Positions 51,417 through 61,139 of a stretch of DNA of 64,000 nucleotides are shown piece by piece. Location: the NCBI GenBank assembly GCA_963698925.1, contig CAVOSR010000001.1, forward strand, positions 384,096 through 448,095. Direction: 5' to 3'. The position numbers and the translations under genes were made by a program. Below the pieces are notes generated by a model that did not search any database, had not been told where the DNA came from, and saw only the letters and a program-made list of their open reading frames with translations. The DNA comes from an uncultured Actinomycetes bacterium. Lineage in GTDB: Bacteria > Actinomycetota > Thermoleophilia > Gaiellales > Gaiellaceae. Each line of letters starts with the position of its first letter. The stretch's first letter is position 1.

Positions 51417-52337
51417 TCAAGGCCCTGCGCAGACTGTCGCGGAGCCCGTGACGATCACGCCGGCCGCGTTGACCGAGTCTCCGCTTCGTGCGACCGGCCG
51501 GCAGGCAGAGCCGCCGTTGAGCCCCACCAGGCTGCCCCGGAGGTCGACGGCGCCGCCCGCGCTGACGGAGAGCGGGCCGGTGATGTCGTCGTTGCGAGCG
51601 CCGCCGATCGCAGTCGTCTCATTGCGGTCGACCGTCTGCGTACGGTCGTGCTTGACGTGGACGATCTCGTCGTTGTCAACCACGGTTGCACGGTCGTGGC
51701 CGACGAAGTGAGTCTCGTTGCGGAACACTTCCACGTCCGCGTCTCGCTGGACGTTCAGCAGATAGTCGTTCGCCGCGAACCTCAGCCGTCCCCGCTGGAG
51801 ATGTTGATGCCGCCCGCTGCAGGCAGACTGACCGAGGAGTCCGGGCCGGTGATCTGGACACCGTTGTCGCTCACCGATAGCGCGAACCTGCCGTCAGGGC
51901 TGGTCGAACGTCCCACTGAAGTCCTTCCCAGCCTGACCGTTCGTCCCGTTCTGCCCGCCGCACACGTACGCCGTCGAGCCGTTCGCGTCGGTTACCGCGG
52001 CGCCGCCGGCGGGACAGTGCGAATCGCCCACCGCGAGCTGCGCGACCGTGGGGCTCGTGCCGTTCGTACCCGCCGTACCCTGCGACCCGGCGTCGCCTTT
52101 CTGACCCTGCTGGTTCCACTCGATCTGTGTCTCGAATTTCGTGCAGTGGCCAAGCAGCGAGCTCGTCGCGAGCGAGGGGTCGATCAGCCGGATCGTCCCG
52201 ACGTCGTTCAGCCTGCACGCCGTGTAGACCCCGCCGCCACTCGGAATCGTCGCGTAGGCGATCCCACCGGCAAGGGCAAACAGCACCACGATGGTCACCG
52301 ACACGATCGCTGCGCGCCGTGATGCCAATAGGTTCAT
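51417..52337 (-). pseudogene. Membrane-anchored collagen-like protein ending in a VgrG/gp5-type octad-repeat beta-helix and a PAAR-like tip; a ~110-nt internal segment is out of frame
   Basis: The ATG at 52337 (GGGAGG RBS) gives MNLLASRRAAIVSVTIVVLFALAGGIAYA (TM) and Gly-X-Y runs GQKGDAGSQGTAGTNG and GQNGTNGQAGKD. ORF 51894..52355 and ORF 51417..51734 share the same frame. The stretch between them reads sensibly only in another frame (PDGRFALSVSDNGVQITGPDSSVSLPAAGGINISSGDG). There are then eight-residue repeats DVEVFRNE/THFVGHDR/ATVVDNDE/IVHVKHDR/TQTVDRNE/TTAIGGAR.., and the end is ACRPVARSGDSVNAAGVIVTGSATVCAGP. Confidence 0.6.
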
Positions 52338-52555
52338 CACTGCCTCCCAGAGCATGACCCCTCAGGTAGACCCCGCCGGTCGAGCGTTTCACGACACCGG
52401 CGACGACACAAACCAGCCGGCCTGTCGACGAGGCGCGCGGTCATCCTGCGCCTCGACGATCCTGAGTTCAGGCAACCATTCGACCGCTTCCCGGCACCGA
52501 GCCGTGTTGCCATGGCGTTGCCACACCTGACACCTGTATTCGCTCGAGAGAACGG

Positions 52556-52580
52556 GAAAGGCCCGCTGAGCGGGCCTTTC
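52556..52580 (-). terminator. Hairpin GAAAGGCCCG-CTGAG-CGGGCCTTTC immediately 3' of tRNA-Gly
   Basis: A 10-bp stem lying 5 nt beyond the tRNA 3' end on the minus strand. Confidence 0.55.
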
Positions 52581-52584
52581 GTGA

Positions 52585-52658
52585 AGCGGATGATGAGACT
52601 CGAACTCACGACCTTCTCCATGGCAAGGAGACGCTCTAGCCAACTGAGCTACATCCGC
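52585..52658 (-). tRNA. tRNA-Gly (GCC)
   Basis: The reverse complement is GCGGATGTAGCTCAGTTGGCTAGAGCGTCTCCTTGCCATGGAGAAGGTCGTGAGTTCGAGTCTCATCATCCGCT. The acceptor is GCGGATG/CATCCGC, the anticodon stem is TCTCC/GGAGA and the loop is TTGCCAT. There is no encoded CCA. Confidence 0.9.
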
Positions 52659-52683
52659 GCGGCGCGGATTATAGCGGCCCTCG

Positions 52684-53058
52684 TCAGGCGATCCCGAGGC
52701 GTGCGGCCACCGCTCCGGCGAGCGCCTGCAGGCCCGAGAGCGGGCGCACCATCACCGTGAACTGCTCGACGAGGCCGTCGTCGTCGTCCTGGAGGATGTC
52801 GACGCCCTGCAGGTCGCGGTTGCCGACGTTCGCCTCGAAGAAGAGGATCGTCGTCTGCCCATCGCGCCACTCCTGCGTGTAGCGGAAGTTCTCGAACGTC
52901 TCGCCGACGATGTGCAGCAGACCGGCGACGGTGTCTCGTCCCTCGTAGACCTGGTGCACGGCCGGGCTGCGGAAGACGACGTCGGGCGAGAGCGTCGCGA
53001 GCGCCGCCTCGTGGTCGCCGGCTTCCGCGGCAACGCCGAACGGATGCTGAACCGTCAC
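52684..53058 (-). CDS. SnoaL-like / NTF2 superfamily protein
   Basis: Intact 124-aa ORF with pattern ..[32 protein letters not shown].. typical of SnoaL_2-type small proteins. Confidence 0.6.
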   Translation of the reverse strand: MTVQHPFGVAAEAGDHEAALATLSPDVVFRSPAVHQVYEGRDTVAGLLHIVGETFENFRYTQEWRDGQTTILFFEANVGNRDLQGVDILQDDDDGLVEQFTVMVRPLSGLQALAGAVAARLGIA

Positions 53059-53462
53059 TCTGCCGCCGCGTCCAGCGCGTCGTTGACAAGCTTGTCGGCG
53101 AGCTCGTTGTCCGCGCGCTTCACATGGCGATACTCGACGTTGCCGAGCTCGCGCGCAAGGCGTCCCGCCTCCACCGACAGCTCCCGCAGCGCCTCGTTCT
53201 TGACGCGATACTCGCCGCGCATCTGCTTCACCATCAGCTCGGAGTCGGAGACGACCTCGACGGCGGGTAGTTGCAGCTCGACCGCCTTGCGCAGGCCCGC
53301 GATCAGCCCGCTGTACTCGGCGACGTTGTTCGTCGCGATCCCGATCGGCTCACCCTCGGAGGCGAGCACGGTTCCGTCCTCGTCCTCGAGCACGAAGCCG
53401 TACGCGGCCGGGCCGGGATTGCCACGCGCGCCGCCGTCGGTGAAGAGGCGCGCGCCTATGAC
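53055..53462 (-). CDS. Ribonuclease H (RNase HI-like)
   Basis: The frame of ORF 53055..53534 reads [53 protein letters not shown] (DEDD residues). The only listed start (53534) overlaps the upstream gene by 78 nt. The real start is probably near 53460 but no canonical codon is seen there. Confidence 0.75.
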   Translation of the reverse strand, partial: VIGARLFTDGGARGNPGPAAYGFVLEDEDGTVLASEGEPIGIATNNVAEYSGLIAGLRKAVELQLPAVEVVSDSELMVKQMRGEYRVKNEALRELSVEAGRLARELGNVEYRHVKRADNELADKLVNDALDAAAE

Positions 53463-54896
53463 GCAGACGGGTCCGCGTTGTCGATCTGCGCGCGCTGCAG
53501 CTTGCCGCTGTAGTCGACGTAGACCGACTTCCACTCGGTGAAGACGTCGAGCGCAGCCTGGCCCGCCTCGCGGTGGCCGTTGCCCGTCTGCTTCATGCCG
53601 CCGAACGGCAGGTGCACCTCGGCGCCGGTCGTGCCGGCGTTGATGTAGGTGATCCCGGTCTGAAGGTCGCGCATCGCCTTGAACGCCTTGTTGACGTCGC
53701 GGTGAAGATCGACGACGAGAGGCCGTACTTGACGCTGTTCGCGGCGCGCACGGCGTCCTCGAACGAGTCGACGGGGATCAGCGCGGTCGTCGGGCCGAAG
53801 ATCTCCTCCTGCGCGATCCGCATCTGCGGATCGACGTCGGCGAAGACGGTCGGGCGGTAGTAGAAGCCGTGTCCCTCGACGCGCTCGCCGCCGGTCAGCA
53901 GCTTGGCGCCCTCCCCCTGGCCGATCTCGGTGTAGGAGTGGATCTTCTCGACGGCGGTCTCGTTGATCACGGGGCCGATCTCGCGTGTCGTCCTCCCACG
54001 GCGAGCCGATGCGCATCTGCTCGGCGCGCGCGACGAGCTTCTGCTGCAGCGCCTCGTAGACGCCGCGCTGCACGATCACGCGCGACGCGGCCGTGCAGCG
54101 CTGGCCCGCGGTGCCGAACGCCGACCAGATGATCCCGTCGACCGCGAGGTCGACGTCGGCGTCGTCCATCACGATGATCGCGTTCTTGCCGCCGAGCTCG
54201 AGATGGACGTGCTTCAGCTCGTCGGCGGCGTTCTTCGTCACGAGCACGCCGGTCTCGCGCGAGCCCGTGAACGTGATCACGGGCACGTCGGGATGCTTGA
54301 CGAGCGCGTCGCCCGCCTCCTCGCCGAAGCCGTGCACGATCTGCACGACGCCCTCGGGCAGGCCGGCCTCCTGCAGCAGCTCGACGAAGCGCTGCGCGAG
54401 CTTCGGCGTGTCCTCCGCCGGCTTCAGCACGACGGTGTTGCCGCAGACGAGCGCCGGGCAGAGCTTCCACGCGGGAATCGCGATCGGGAAGTTCCACGGC
54501 GTGATCGCGCCGACGACGCCGACCGGCATGCGCACGCTCATCATGAACTTGTCGCGGAGCTCCGACGGCGTCGTCTGGCCGAAGAGCCGCCGGCCCTCGC
54601 CGCCCATGTAGTAGCTCATGTCGATCGCTTCCTGGACGTCGCCGCCGGCCTCGGCCTTGACCTTGCCCATCTCGCGCGTCATCAGGTCGGACAGCTCGGC
54701 CTTGTGCTGCTCGAGCACCTGGGCGAAGCGGAAGAGGATGTTGCCGCGCTCGGGCGCCGGCACGAGGCGCCAGCTCTCCCACGTCGTCACGGGCGGTGTC
54801 GACCGCGCGGGCGACGTCGTCGGCGCCGGAGCGCGGGAAGGACTCGATCACCTCGCCGGTCGAGGGATTCAACGATTCGAACGTCGCGGTCGCCAT
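53456..54896 (-). pseudogene. NAD(P)-dependent aldehyde dehydrogenase, three frameshifts
   Basis: The blocks are MATATFESLNPSTGEVI.., ITPWNFPIAIP, LELGGKNA, GQRCTAASR, EEIFGPT and [11 protein letters not shown]. Frame changes are near 54790, 53985 and 53705. Confidence 0.85.
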
Positions 54897-54961
54897 GCGG
54901 CGATCCTAGCCGTGGCCGGGCGGCGACCAGCAGGCTGTCGACGCCCTGCAGCGCGGACGCG

Positions 54962-55189
54962 TTACTTGCCGGCAGGATCGGTGTCCGGGAAGGTGCCCGG
55001 CCGCGCGGCGCGACGGCGGTCGCGGACGACGCGCTGCTCCTTGAACGATCCGTCGTCCTGGCCCGCGCGGCGGTCCGGGCCCTCGCGGCGGTCGAGGATC
55101 ACCGTCACGTTCGGGTTGTCCTTGTAGTACTCGACCATCTTGTCGAAGAGCTCGGCTTCCAGCTCGCGCGGGATGACGCAATAGATCAC
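54962..55189 (-). CDS. Hypothetical small protein (75 aa)
   Basis: Intact ORF with an ordered N-terminal half (MIYCVIPRELEAELFDKMVEYYKDNPNVTVILDRR) and a basic tail. I recognise no family. Confidence 0.45.
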   Translation of the reverse strand: MIYCVIPRELEAELFDKMVEYYKDNPNVTVILDRREGPDRRAGQDDGSFKEQRVVRDRRRAARPGTFPDTDPAGK

Positions 55190-55240
55190 GGTCGCAGTGT
55201 ACGAGGCTCGTCGGCGGACGCCAGCCCCGGAGGTCCAGGA

Positions 55241-55862
55241 TTACAGCCGGGCGATGTCCGGGACGATCCGCCCCGCGTCGTCCATCTGGGCGTTCCAGTC
55301 GGTCGCCGAGCCCTCGAGCTCCGACGGATCGTGGCCGCGTCCCTCGAGCCGGACCGGATTGTCCGAGTCCGGCGAGATGCGGTACTGGTACCACGAGATG
55401 TCCCACGCCACGGTCACGACCACCTCGGCGTTCACGCCCGACAGCACGACGATCGAGATGCGCGGCAGAGCCGAGCGACTTGCCGATGCCGCCGATCGTG
55501 CGCCGGTACTGCGACGCGTTGAAGACGTCGGCGGCTTCGACCATCGCCTGCTCCTGGTCCGAGAGTCGACGCAGGATCGGCTCGCTCGCGATCGTCTCCT
55601 CGACCGTCTTCGGACGGGTGCCGAGCAGGCTCGCGAGCAGCCCTCCCCCGCGCCGCCGGCGCTCGGTCGGGACGGTCGGCGAGGTGGGCGCGCCCTCGCG
55701 CAGCCACCCGTATTCGACAGCCGTCTCGGCGCAGAGCGGACAGACGTCGACGTAGTCTCCGCCGCCGTTCGGCGAGAAGCGAGTCGTCCGCTCCCCCATC
55801 AGCAGCGTGCGCTCGCAGACCGCGCACGAACGATCGACAGTGCTGCGTGTGACGCGTGTCAT
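55241..55862 (-). pseudogene. Hypothetical protein with an N-terminal CxxC..CxxC zinc-ribbon-like motif, one frameshift
   Basis: Met221 of ORF 54906..56522 gives MTRVTRSTVDRSCAVCERTLL..YVDVCPLCAE... The C-terminal part is in ORF 55241..55447 (VVVTVAWDISWYQYRISP..). Frameshift near 55455, the last one I detect in the window. Confidence 0.5.
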
Positions 55863-56044
55863 GACCACGCGAGGGTATCGAGAACGGAGGAGGCCCAGGA
55901 TGCGCCCGTGATCATCCCCACGGTGCCCGGGACGGCGTTCCCGCTGATTTCTGCCCGTGCGACGCGCACGAGCAGCTCTGCTCGACATCCGTGGGCAGCC
56001 CGGCGAGGAGCTTCTCTCGTGAACCAGGTTCGCGAGGCTCGTCC

Positions 56045-56665
56045 CTAGAAGTCGATCCGCATCACGACGCGCCGCAGCGTCGGATGGCTGACTTCTGTGA
56101 AGCCGGCGTCGGCGAAGGCGCTGCGGCTGCCGACGTTCAGCTCGGCCGGCATGATCTCCTGCCCCGGCGTCGTGATCATCGGGTAGCCCTCGAGCGCGCG
56201 TGCGCCGCGCTCCCGCGCAAAATCGACCGCGGCGCGCGCAAGCGCACGGCTGATCCCGCGGCGGCGAAAGCCCGTTCGCGTGACGAAGCAGGTGACGGCC
56301 CAGACGCTGTGGTCGCTCTTGTCCTCGGTCCGTCCCTCCCACGGGACGCGCGTCTTCAAGAGAAGTCGCGGATAGGCGTCGCGCGGCTCGACGGCGCACC
56401 AGCCGACAGGCTCGCCGTCGAGGTAGGCGACGAGGCCGGTCGTTGCCTTCGACCTCGGATGCCCGCAGTCGGTCTGCGCGCGGAAGCGGAAGGCGAGCTC
56501 GTCGGCGCCGACCGACGCCCACGACTCGCCGCGCTGCATCTTGTAGCGCTGGCAGTAGCAGCGCGACGGATCGCCGCGCGTGCCGAACACGGCCTGGAGG
56601 TCCTCCCAGCTCGCCTCGTTGGCGGGGACGATCGTGACCCCGGCCGTCGTCGCCGTGTCGGCCAT
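56045..56665 (-). CDS. GNAT family N-acetyltransferase
   Basis: Intact 206-aa ORF with the acetyl-CoA binding block TCFVTRTGFRRRGISRALARAAVDFARERGA. Confidence 0.8.
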   Translation of the reverse strand: MADTATTAGVTIVPANEASWEDLQAVFGTRGDPSRCYCQRYKMQRGESWASVGADELAFRFRAQTDCGHPRSKATTGLVAYLDGEPVGWCAVEPRDAYPRLLLKTRVPWEGRTEDKSDHSVWAVTCFVTRTGFRRRGISRALARAAVDFARERGARALEGYPMITTPGQEIMPAELNVGSRSAFADAGFTEVSHPTLRRVVMRIDF

Positions 56666-56705
56666 GTGCGCAGCCTAGTGGGACGACGCCGATTACCCTG
56701 CCACG

Positions 56706-57173
56706 GTGCGCAGGATCCTCGTCACCGGGATGTCGGGGGCAGGCAAGACGACCGCGCTCGCGGAGCTCGAGCGGCTCGGCTTCGTAACCGTCGAGACGGA
56801 CGAGGATCCGTGGAGCTTCTGGTCGGACGAGGCCGGCGGCTACGTGTGGAACGAGGAGCTGGTCCGTGAGCTACTCGCTCGCGAGCACGAGACGACGCTG
56901 TACGTCTCGGGAGCCGTGTCGAACCAAGGCCGGTTCTACCCGCACTTCGACGCCGTCGTGCTCCTGAGCGCGCCGGCCGACGTCCTCCTGAGCCGGATCG
57001 AAGGCCGCAGGACGAACGACTTCGGCAAGACGAGCGAGGAGCGCGACCGGATCATGAGCGACATCGCAGAAGTGGAGCCGCTCCTGCGGGCTACGTGCAC
57101 GCACGAGATCGACACGACCGAGCCGGTTGCCACTGTCCTGGCGGAACTGGTCGCGATCGGCCGCCGGCCGTGA
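56706..57173 (+). CDS. P-loop NTPase, small nucleoside/nucleotide-kinase-like (AAA_18/shikimate-kinase-like)
   Basis: Intact 155-aa ORF with Walker A VTGMSGAGKTT. Confidence 0.65.
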   Translation: MRRILVTGMSGAGKTTALAELERLGFVTVETDEDPWSFWSDEAGGYVWNEELVRELLAREHETTLYVSGAVSNQGRFYPHFDAVVLLSAPADVLLSRIEGRRTNDFGKTSEERDRIMSDIAEVEPLLRATCTHEIDTTEPVATVLAELVAIGRRP

Positions 57174-57179
57174 CCTAGC

Positions 57180-57797
57180 ATGCCGTCCATGCGCGAGCTG
57201 CAACAGGGTCTGTGGTGGTGGGAGGCCGTGCACCCCGAGTGGACGGCGGACGACGACGCCGCGGATAGCGACTGGGGACCCGGCGTCTCGTCGTACGCGG
57301 TCGATGACGGAGCGCGGCTCGTGCTCGTCGATCCGACCACCCCACCTGCGCCGATCCTCGACCTCGCCGGCGAGCGGGAGGCGATCATCGTCCTGACAAA
57401 CCCGTGGCACGAGCGCGACGCTCGCAGCCTGGCGGAGACCCTCGGCGCGGCAGTGTTCGCACCGCCGCCCGACGACAGCGGCCGGGGTGTCCGGATGAAG
57501 GCGCAGCTGTTCGGTGCCGGCGACCGGCTGCCGTTCGGCGTCGAGGTGTTCCCCGGCCGGGAGCCGCCGTACGACGTCCTGCTCTTCTTCGAGAGCCACC
57601 GCGCGGTCGCGATCGGCGACACGCTGATCGACCGCGGCCACGGCATCGAGATCGTCGAGAGCTGGCTCGCCGAAGGCGACACGCGAGAGCAGATCGTCGA
57701 GGGGCTTCGTCCGCTGCTCGACCGTCCGATCGAGCATGTGCTGCCGACCCACGGCCCACCGACCGACCGGGCGGCGCTGGAGCGCGCGCTCTCCTGA
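57180..57797 (+). CDS. MBL-fold-like protein with a degenerate metal motif (paralog of 60412..61080)
   Basis: Intact 205-aa ORF. It shares collinear blocks with its paralog (LWWWEAVHPEW, VSSYAVDDG, LTNPWHERDA, GDRLPFG, GDTLID, EHVLPTHGPPTDRAALERAL). WHERD sits where HxHxDH would be expected. Confidence 0.5.
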   Translation: MPSMRELQQGLWWWEAVHPEWTADDDAADSDWGPGVSSYAVDDGARLVLVDPTTPPAPILDLAGEREAIIVLTNPWHERDARSLAETLGAAVFAPPPDDSGRGVRMKAQLFGAGDRLPFGVEVFPGREPPYDVLLFFESHRAVAIGDTLIDRGHGIEIVESWLAEGDTREQIVEGLRPLLDRPIEHVLPTHGPPTDRAALERALS

Positions 57798-57877
57798 CGG
57801 CTGCGGTCGGCGCCCGGCCCCTGGTGCAGCGCGGGGCGACAACGTAGCGTTGCGCGGGTGAGGACGAGCAGCAGCGT

Positions 57878-59563
57878 GTGCGCGCAATGGTGACTCCGGA
57901 TGACATCGGCCGGATCACCGTGTTCGCGGGTCTCGAGCCGTCCGATCGCGAACGACTCTGTCGCGTCGCGGGCGACGTCACGCTGAGCCCCGGCGAGTAC
58001 GCGGCGCACGACGGCGATGAGCGGGCGCTCTTCGGCCTGCTCGACGGCCGGATCGAGGCCGTCAAGGTCGTCGACGGGATCGAGCGCGTCGTGGGCGAGC
58101 GCCGGCCGGGAGACATCTTCGGCGAGGTGCCGATCACGCTCGGCACGCTGTTCCCCGTCGGCTTTCGGGCCGCAGAGGCCTCGCGCGTCATCCGGATCGA
58201 GCCGCACGACTACCACGCGTTCGTCGCAGTGACGCCGGACATCGCGACCCAGGTGGGTCAGCTGGCAAGCCACCGGATCGGCGGAGCGGGTGGTCTGCAG
58301 GGCATCGCGGCAGCGCCCACTCGACCTCGCGCGATCGTGCTCGGGCACCGCTGGGATGCGTCCTGCGCCGAGCTCAGGCACTTCCTCGACCGCAACCAGG
58401 TCACGTTCAAATGGCTGCAGCCCGACGTGCCGGACGAGGCCGAGCAGTGGTGGGGCGCGTTGCCCTCCGACGGGGACTACCCGTCCATCCGCGTCGTCGA
58501 CGGCAAGACGGTCGTCCGCCCGCAGCTGCGGCGGGTGGCGGAGCTGTTGGGCATCCCGACCGAGCCGGACGCCGCGCACTACGACACGGTGATCGTCGGC
58601 GCAGGGCCGGCCGGGCTCGCGGCGGCCGTGTACGGAGCGTCGGAGGGGCTCGAGACGATCGTCGTGGAGCGCGAGGCACCGGGTGGCCAGGCCGGCACCT
58701 CGTCTCGCATCGAGAACTATCTGGGCTTCCCGTCGGGCGTCTCCGGCGACGAGCTCGCGAGCCGCGCACTGCAGCAGGCGCGCAGGCTCGGCGCCGAGAT
58801 CGTGGTCACGCGCTCGATCGCACGGATCGACGCCGCGACGCGGCACGTCCATCTCGACGGCGGGGACGTGCTGCGGGCGCGAACGATCATCCTCGCCTGT
58901 GGGGTGGCGTGGCGCCGCTTGTCGATCGACGGGTTCGACAGGCTCGCCGGGAAGGGGATCTTCTACGGCGCGGCGCGCAGCGAGGCAGCGAACACCCACG
59001 GCCTGGACGTGCACATCATCGGTGCGGGCAACTCGGCCGGCCAGGCGGCGCTGTTCTTCTCGTCGCATGCGCGGAGCGTGACCATCGTCTGCCGGGGCGA
59101 GACGCTCGCGAAGAGCATGTCGCGCTACCTCGTCGACCAGCTCGCGAGCCGGCCGAACATCCGTGTGCTGTTCCGGGCCGAGGTTGCGGCTGCGCACGGA
59201 GACACCTCACTCGAAGCGCTCGACGTCGTCGACAACGCGAGCGGCGAGACCGCTCGAGTGGAGTCGGGCGGGCTCTTCATCTTCATCGGTGCGGACGCGG
59301 AGACCGCCTGGCTGCCGTCGGAGATCGCACTCGATGTGAAGGGGTACGTGCTGACGGGCGGCGACGTCCGGGCCGCAGGGCTGTGGGAGCTCGATCGTGA
59401 CCCGTACCTGCTCGAGACGAGCGTTCCCGGCATCTTCGCCTGCGGCGACGTCCGGTTCAGCCCCGTGAAACGCGTCGCGGCCGCTGTCGGCGAGGGCAGC
59501 ATGGCGATCGCGTTCGTGCACCAGTACCTGCGCGACGCCGAACCGCTCGCCGAGCCCGCGTAG
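57878..59563 (+). CDS. Cyclic-nucleotide-binding domain fused to a thioredoxin-reductase-like FAD/NAD(P) oxidoreductase
   Basis: Intact 561-aa ORF. The N-terminal cNMP-binding-like beta-barrel has GDIFGEVPI, followed by a middle linker domain. It then has [35 protein letters not shown] and GIFACGDV. Confidence 0.8.
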   Translation: MRAMVTPDDIGRITVFAGLEPSDRERLCRVAGDVTLSPGEYAAHDGDERALFGLLDGRIEAVKVVDGIERVVGERRPGDIFGEVPITLGTLFPVGFRAAEASRVIRIEPHDYHAFVAVTPDIATQVGQLASHRIGGAGGLQGIAAAPTRPRAIVLGHRWDASCAELRHFLDRNQVTFKWLQPDVPDEAEQWWGALPSDGDYPSIRVVDGKTVVRPQLRRVAELLGIPTEPDAAHYDTVIVGAGPAGLAAAVYGASEGLETIVVEREAPGGQAGTSSRIENYLGFPSGVSGDELASRALQQARRLGAEIVVTRSIARIDAATRHVHLDGGDVLRARTIILACGVAWRRLSIDGFDRLAGKGIFYGAARSEAANTHGLDVHIIGAGNSAGQAALFFSSHARSVTIVCRGETLAKSMSRYLVDQLASRPNIRVLFRAEVAAAHGDTSLEALDVVDNASGETARVESGGLFIFIGADAETAWLPSEIALDVKGYVLTGGDVRAAGLWELDRDPYLLETSVPGIFACGDVRFSPVKRVAAAVGEGSMAIAFVHQYLRDAEPLAEPA

Positions 59564-59578
59564 CTGCCCGTCGCGGGA

Positions 59579-59803
59579 TCAGGAAACGGCGTCTTCGAGC
59601 AACGCGCGAGCGGCCTCCGCGTCTGCAGCGGCCACGAGGATCTCGCGCGGGCCTGCCGCCGTGAACTCCTCCAGCGACGACTCGATGCTCGAGGTGTCGC
59701 GATACGCGCACTTGATGCCGGACGAGCGAAGCAGCCCGCAGACGACCTGGGCCTCCGGCTCCCCCGACACCACCTTCACGACGACGACATCGCTTGGCTC
59801 CAT
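59579..59803 (-). CDS. DUF2007-like small protein (putative signal-transducing protein)
   Basis: Intact 74-aa ORF with pattern ..EPEAQVVCGLLRSSGIKC..ILVAAADAEAARALLE. Confidence 0.5.
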   Translation of the reverse strand: MEPSDVVVVKVVSGEPEAQVVCGLLRSSGIKCAYRDTSSIESSLEEFTAAGPREILVAAADAEAARALLEDAVS

Positions 59804-59872
59804 GCCAGGAGGCTACTTCACTGCCGCGGGCGCGGCCGCTAGTGTCTCGCGCTCCGTTACCGAGGAGGACCG

Positions 59873-60415
59873 ATGCCGGTCGAAGAAGCAAGCTCGGAAG
59901 AGACGCCCTACGGCCGCTACGTGACGTCGGACGGTTGGTTCGTTCTCAACCTGACTGACGCGCTCGCGGTGCGAAACGAGGAGAAGGGCGGCGCGCTGTA
60001 TCCGATCGAGCCGCGGGAGGCGCGGTTCCGCGACTTCGGCGTCAATGTGCGGGTCCTGTCGCCCGGCCAGCCGAATGCGCTCTACCACGCGGAGACCGGG
60101 CAGGAGGGCTTTCTCGTGCTCTCGGGCGAGTGCACGCTGGTCGTCGAGGAGGAGGAGCGGACGCTGAGACAATGGGACTACTTCCACTGCCCATCGGAGA
60201 CCCACCACATCATCGTCGGCGCCGACGGGCCGTGCGTCGTCCTCATGATCGGCGCGCGGCCGGAGGTGGAGACCTTGCACTACCCCGTGAGCGAGGTCGC
60301 CGCGAAGTACGGCGCCTCGGTCGCGAAGGAGACCCACGACGGCGACGAGGCGTACGCAGACTGGCCGGGCGACTATCGGCCGGTGCGGCTTCCGTGGCCG
60401 CTCGATTCCGGCTAG
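59873..60415 (+). CDS. Cupin domain protein
   Basis: Intact 180-aa ORF reading ..YHAETGQEGFLVLSGECTLVVEEEE..QWDYFHCPSETHHIIVG. Confidence 0.7.
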   Translation: MPVEEASSEETPYGRYVTSDGWFVLNLTDALAVRNEEKGGALYPIEPREARFRDFGVNVRVLSPGQPNALYHAETGQEGFLVLSGECTLVVEEEERTLRQWDYFHCPSETHHIIVGADGPCVVLMIGARPEVETLHYPVSEVAAKYGASVAKETHDGDEAYADWPGDYRPVRLPWPLDSG

Positions 60416-61080
60416 GAGGACGCCAACGCGCGCTCGAGAGCGGCCTTGTCGGTCGGACCGCCGTGTGTCGCGAGCACGTGCTCGACCGGGAGCGCGAGGA
60501 GCGGGCGCAGCCCCTCCGCGATCTGCTCACGCGTGACCCCGGGTCGCAGCCACCGCTCGTTGATCTCGAGGCCCCGGCCGAAGTCGACGAGCGTGTCGCC
60601 GGAGATCACCGCGCGCTGACTCTCGAACCAGAGCACGGTGTCGTTCGCCTTGTGTCCGGCGAAGACGTCGGCGCCGAACGGCAGCCTGTCCCCGGCTGCG
60701 TAAAGGCGGGCCTCGCCCTTCTGCTCACGGAGGAGCCAGACGACGTCGGGGCTGCCGTCGCCGGCCTGCTCGGCGGTCAGGCCGTACGTGTCCATCAGGT
60801 ACTGCGCGCTGTCGGGCAGCGGTGTGTAGACCGGTGCCGCGAGCCGCTCGACCAGGCTCTCCGCGTCGCGCTCGTGCCACGGCGCGGTCAGCACGATCAC
60901 CGGCTCGCGCCGGCCCGCGAGGTCGACGAGCTCACTCGGCACGGCCAGCGGATCGACGAGCAGCAACTGGTCGCCGTGGTCGATCGCGTACGACGACACG
61001 TGCTCGCTCCACGGCTCGGTCGACCGCCACTCCGGGTGTGGCGCCTCCCAGTGCCACAGGCCCGGGCGCAACTCACGCAC
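60412..61080 (-). CDS. MBL-fold-like protein with a degenerate metal motif (paralog of 57180..57797)
   Basis: Intact 222-aa ORF reading LWHWEAPHPEW, VSSYAIDHG, LTAPWHERDA, GDRLPFG, GDTLVD, EHVLATHGGPTDKAALERAL. Confidence 0.5.
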   Translation of the reverse strand: MRELRPGLWHWEAPHPEWRSTEPWSEHVSSYAIDHGDQLLLVDPLAVPSELVDLAGRREPVIVLTAPWHERDAESLVERLAAPVYTPLPDSAQYLMDTYGLTAEQAGDGSPDVVWLLREQKGEARLYAAGDRLPFGADVFAGHKANDTVLWFESQRAVISGDTLVDFGRGLEINERWLRPGVTREQIAEGLRPLLALPVEHVLATHGGPTDKAALERALASS

Positions 61081-61139
61081 GGCCCGATCCTACTTCGCCG
61101 CCTACAATCGACGGCTGGGCAACCGAGGAGGAACCCGGA

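Noticed and set aside
51894-51896. Programmed TGA readthrough or selenocysteine in the spike-like gene, since the ORFs on both sides of this stop share one frame
   Set aside because: The in-frame translation between the two ORFs is Arg/Gln/Cys-rich nonsense (RQVRAIGERQRCPDHRPG..). A shifted frame gives a convincing beta-strand-like sequence (PDGRFALSVSDNGVQITGPDSS..). Two compensating indels explain it better, and no SECIS-like hairpin was noted.
52500-52535. Sigma-54-type promoter, from the repeated TGGCAAC (GTGTGGCAACGCCATGGCAACAC on the minus strand) upstream of the spike-like gene
   Set aside because: The spacing and second element do not fit TGGCAC-N5-TTGC. It is a 7-nt direct repeat around a GCCATGGC palindrome. 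It could be an operator, but there is no support for RpoN dependence.
51200-52658. Integrated mobile element or prophage remnant at tRNA-Gly carrying the spike-like gene
   Set aside because: There is no integrase, excisionase or other phage gene. I found no direct repeat of the tRNA 3' end elsewhere in the window. Only atypical codon usage (by eye) and tRNA proximity remain, and these are mentioned under the finding.
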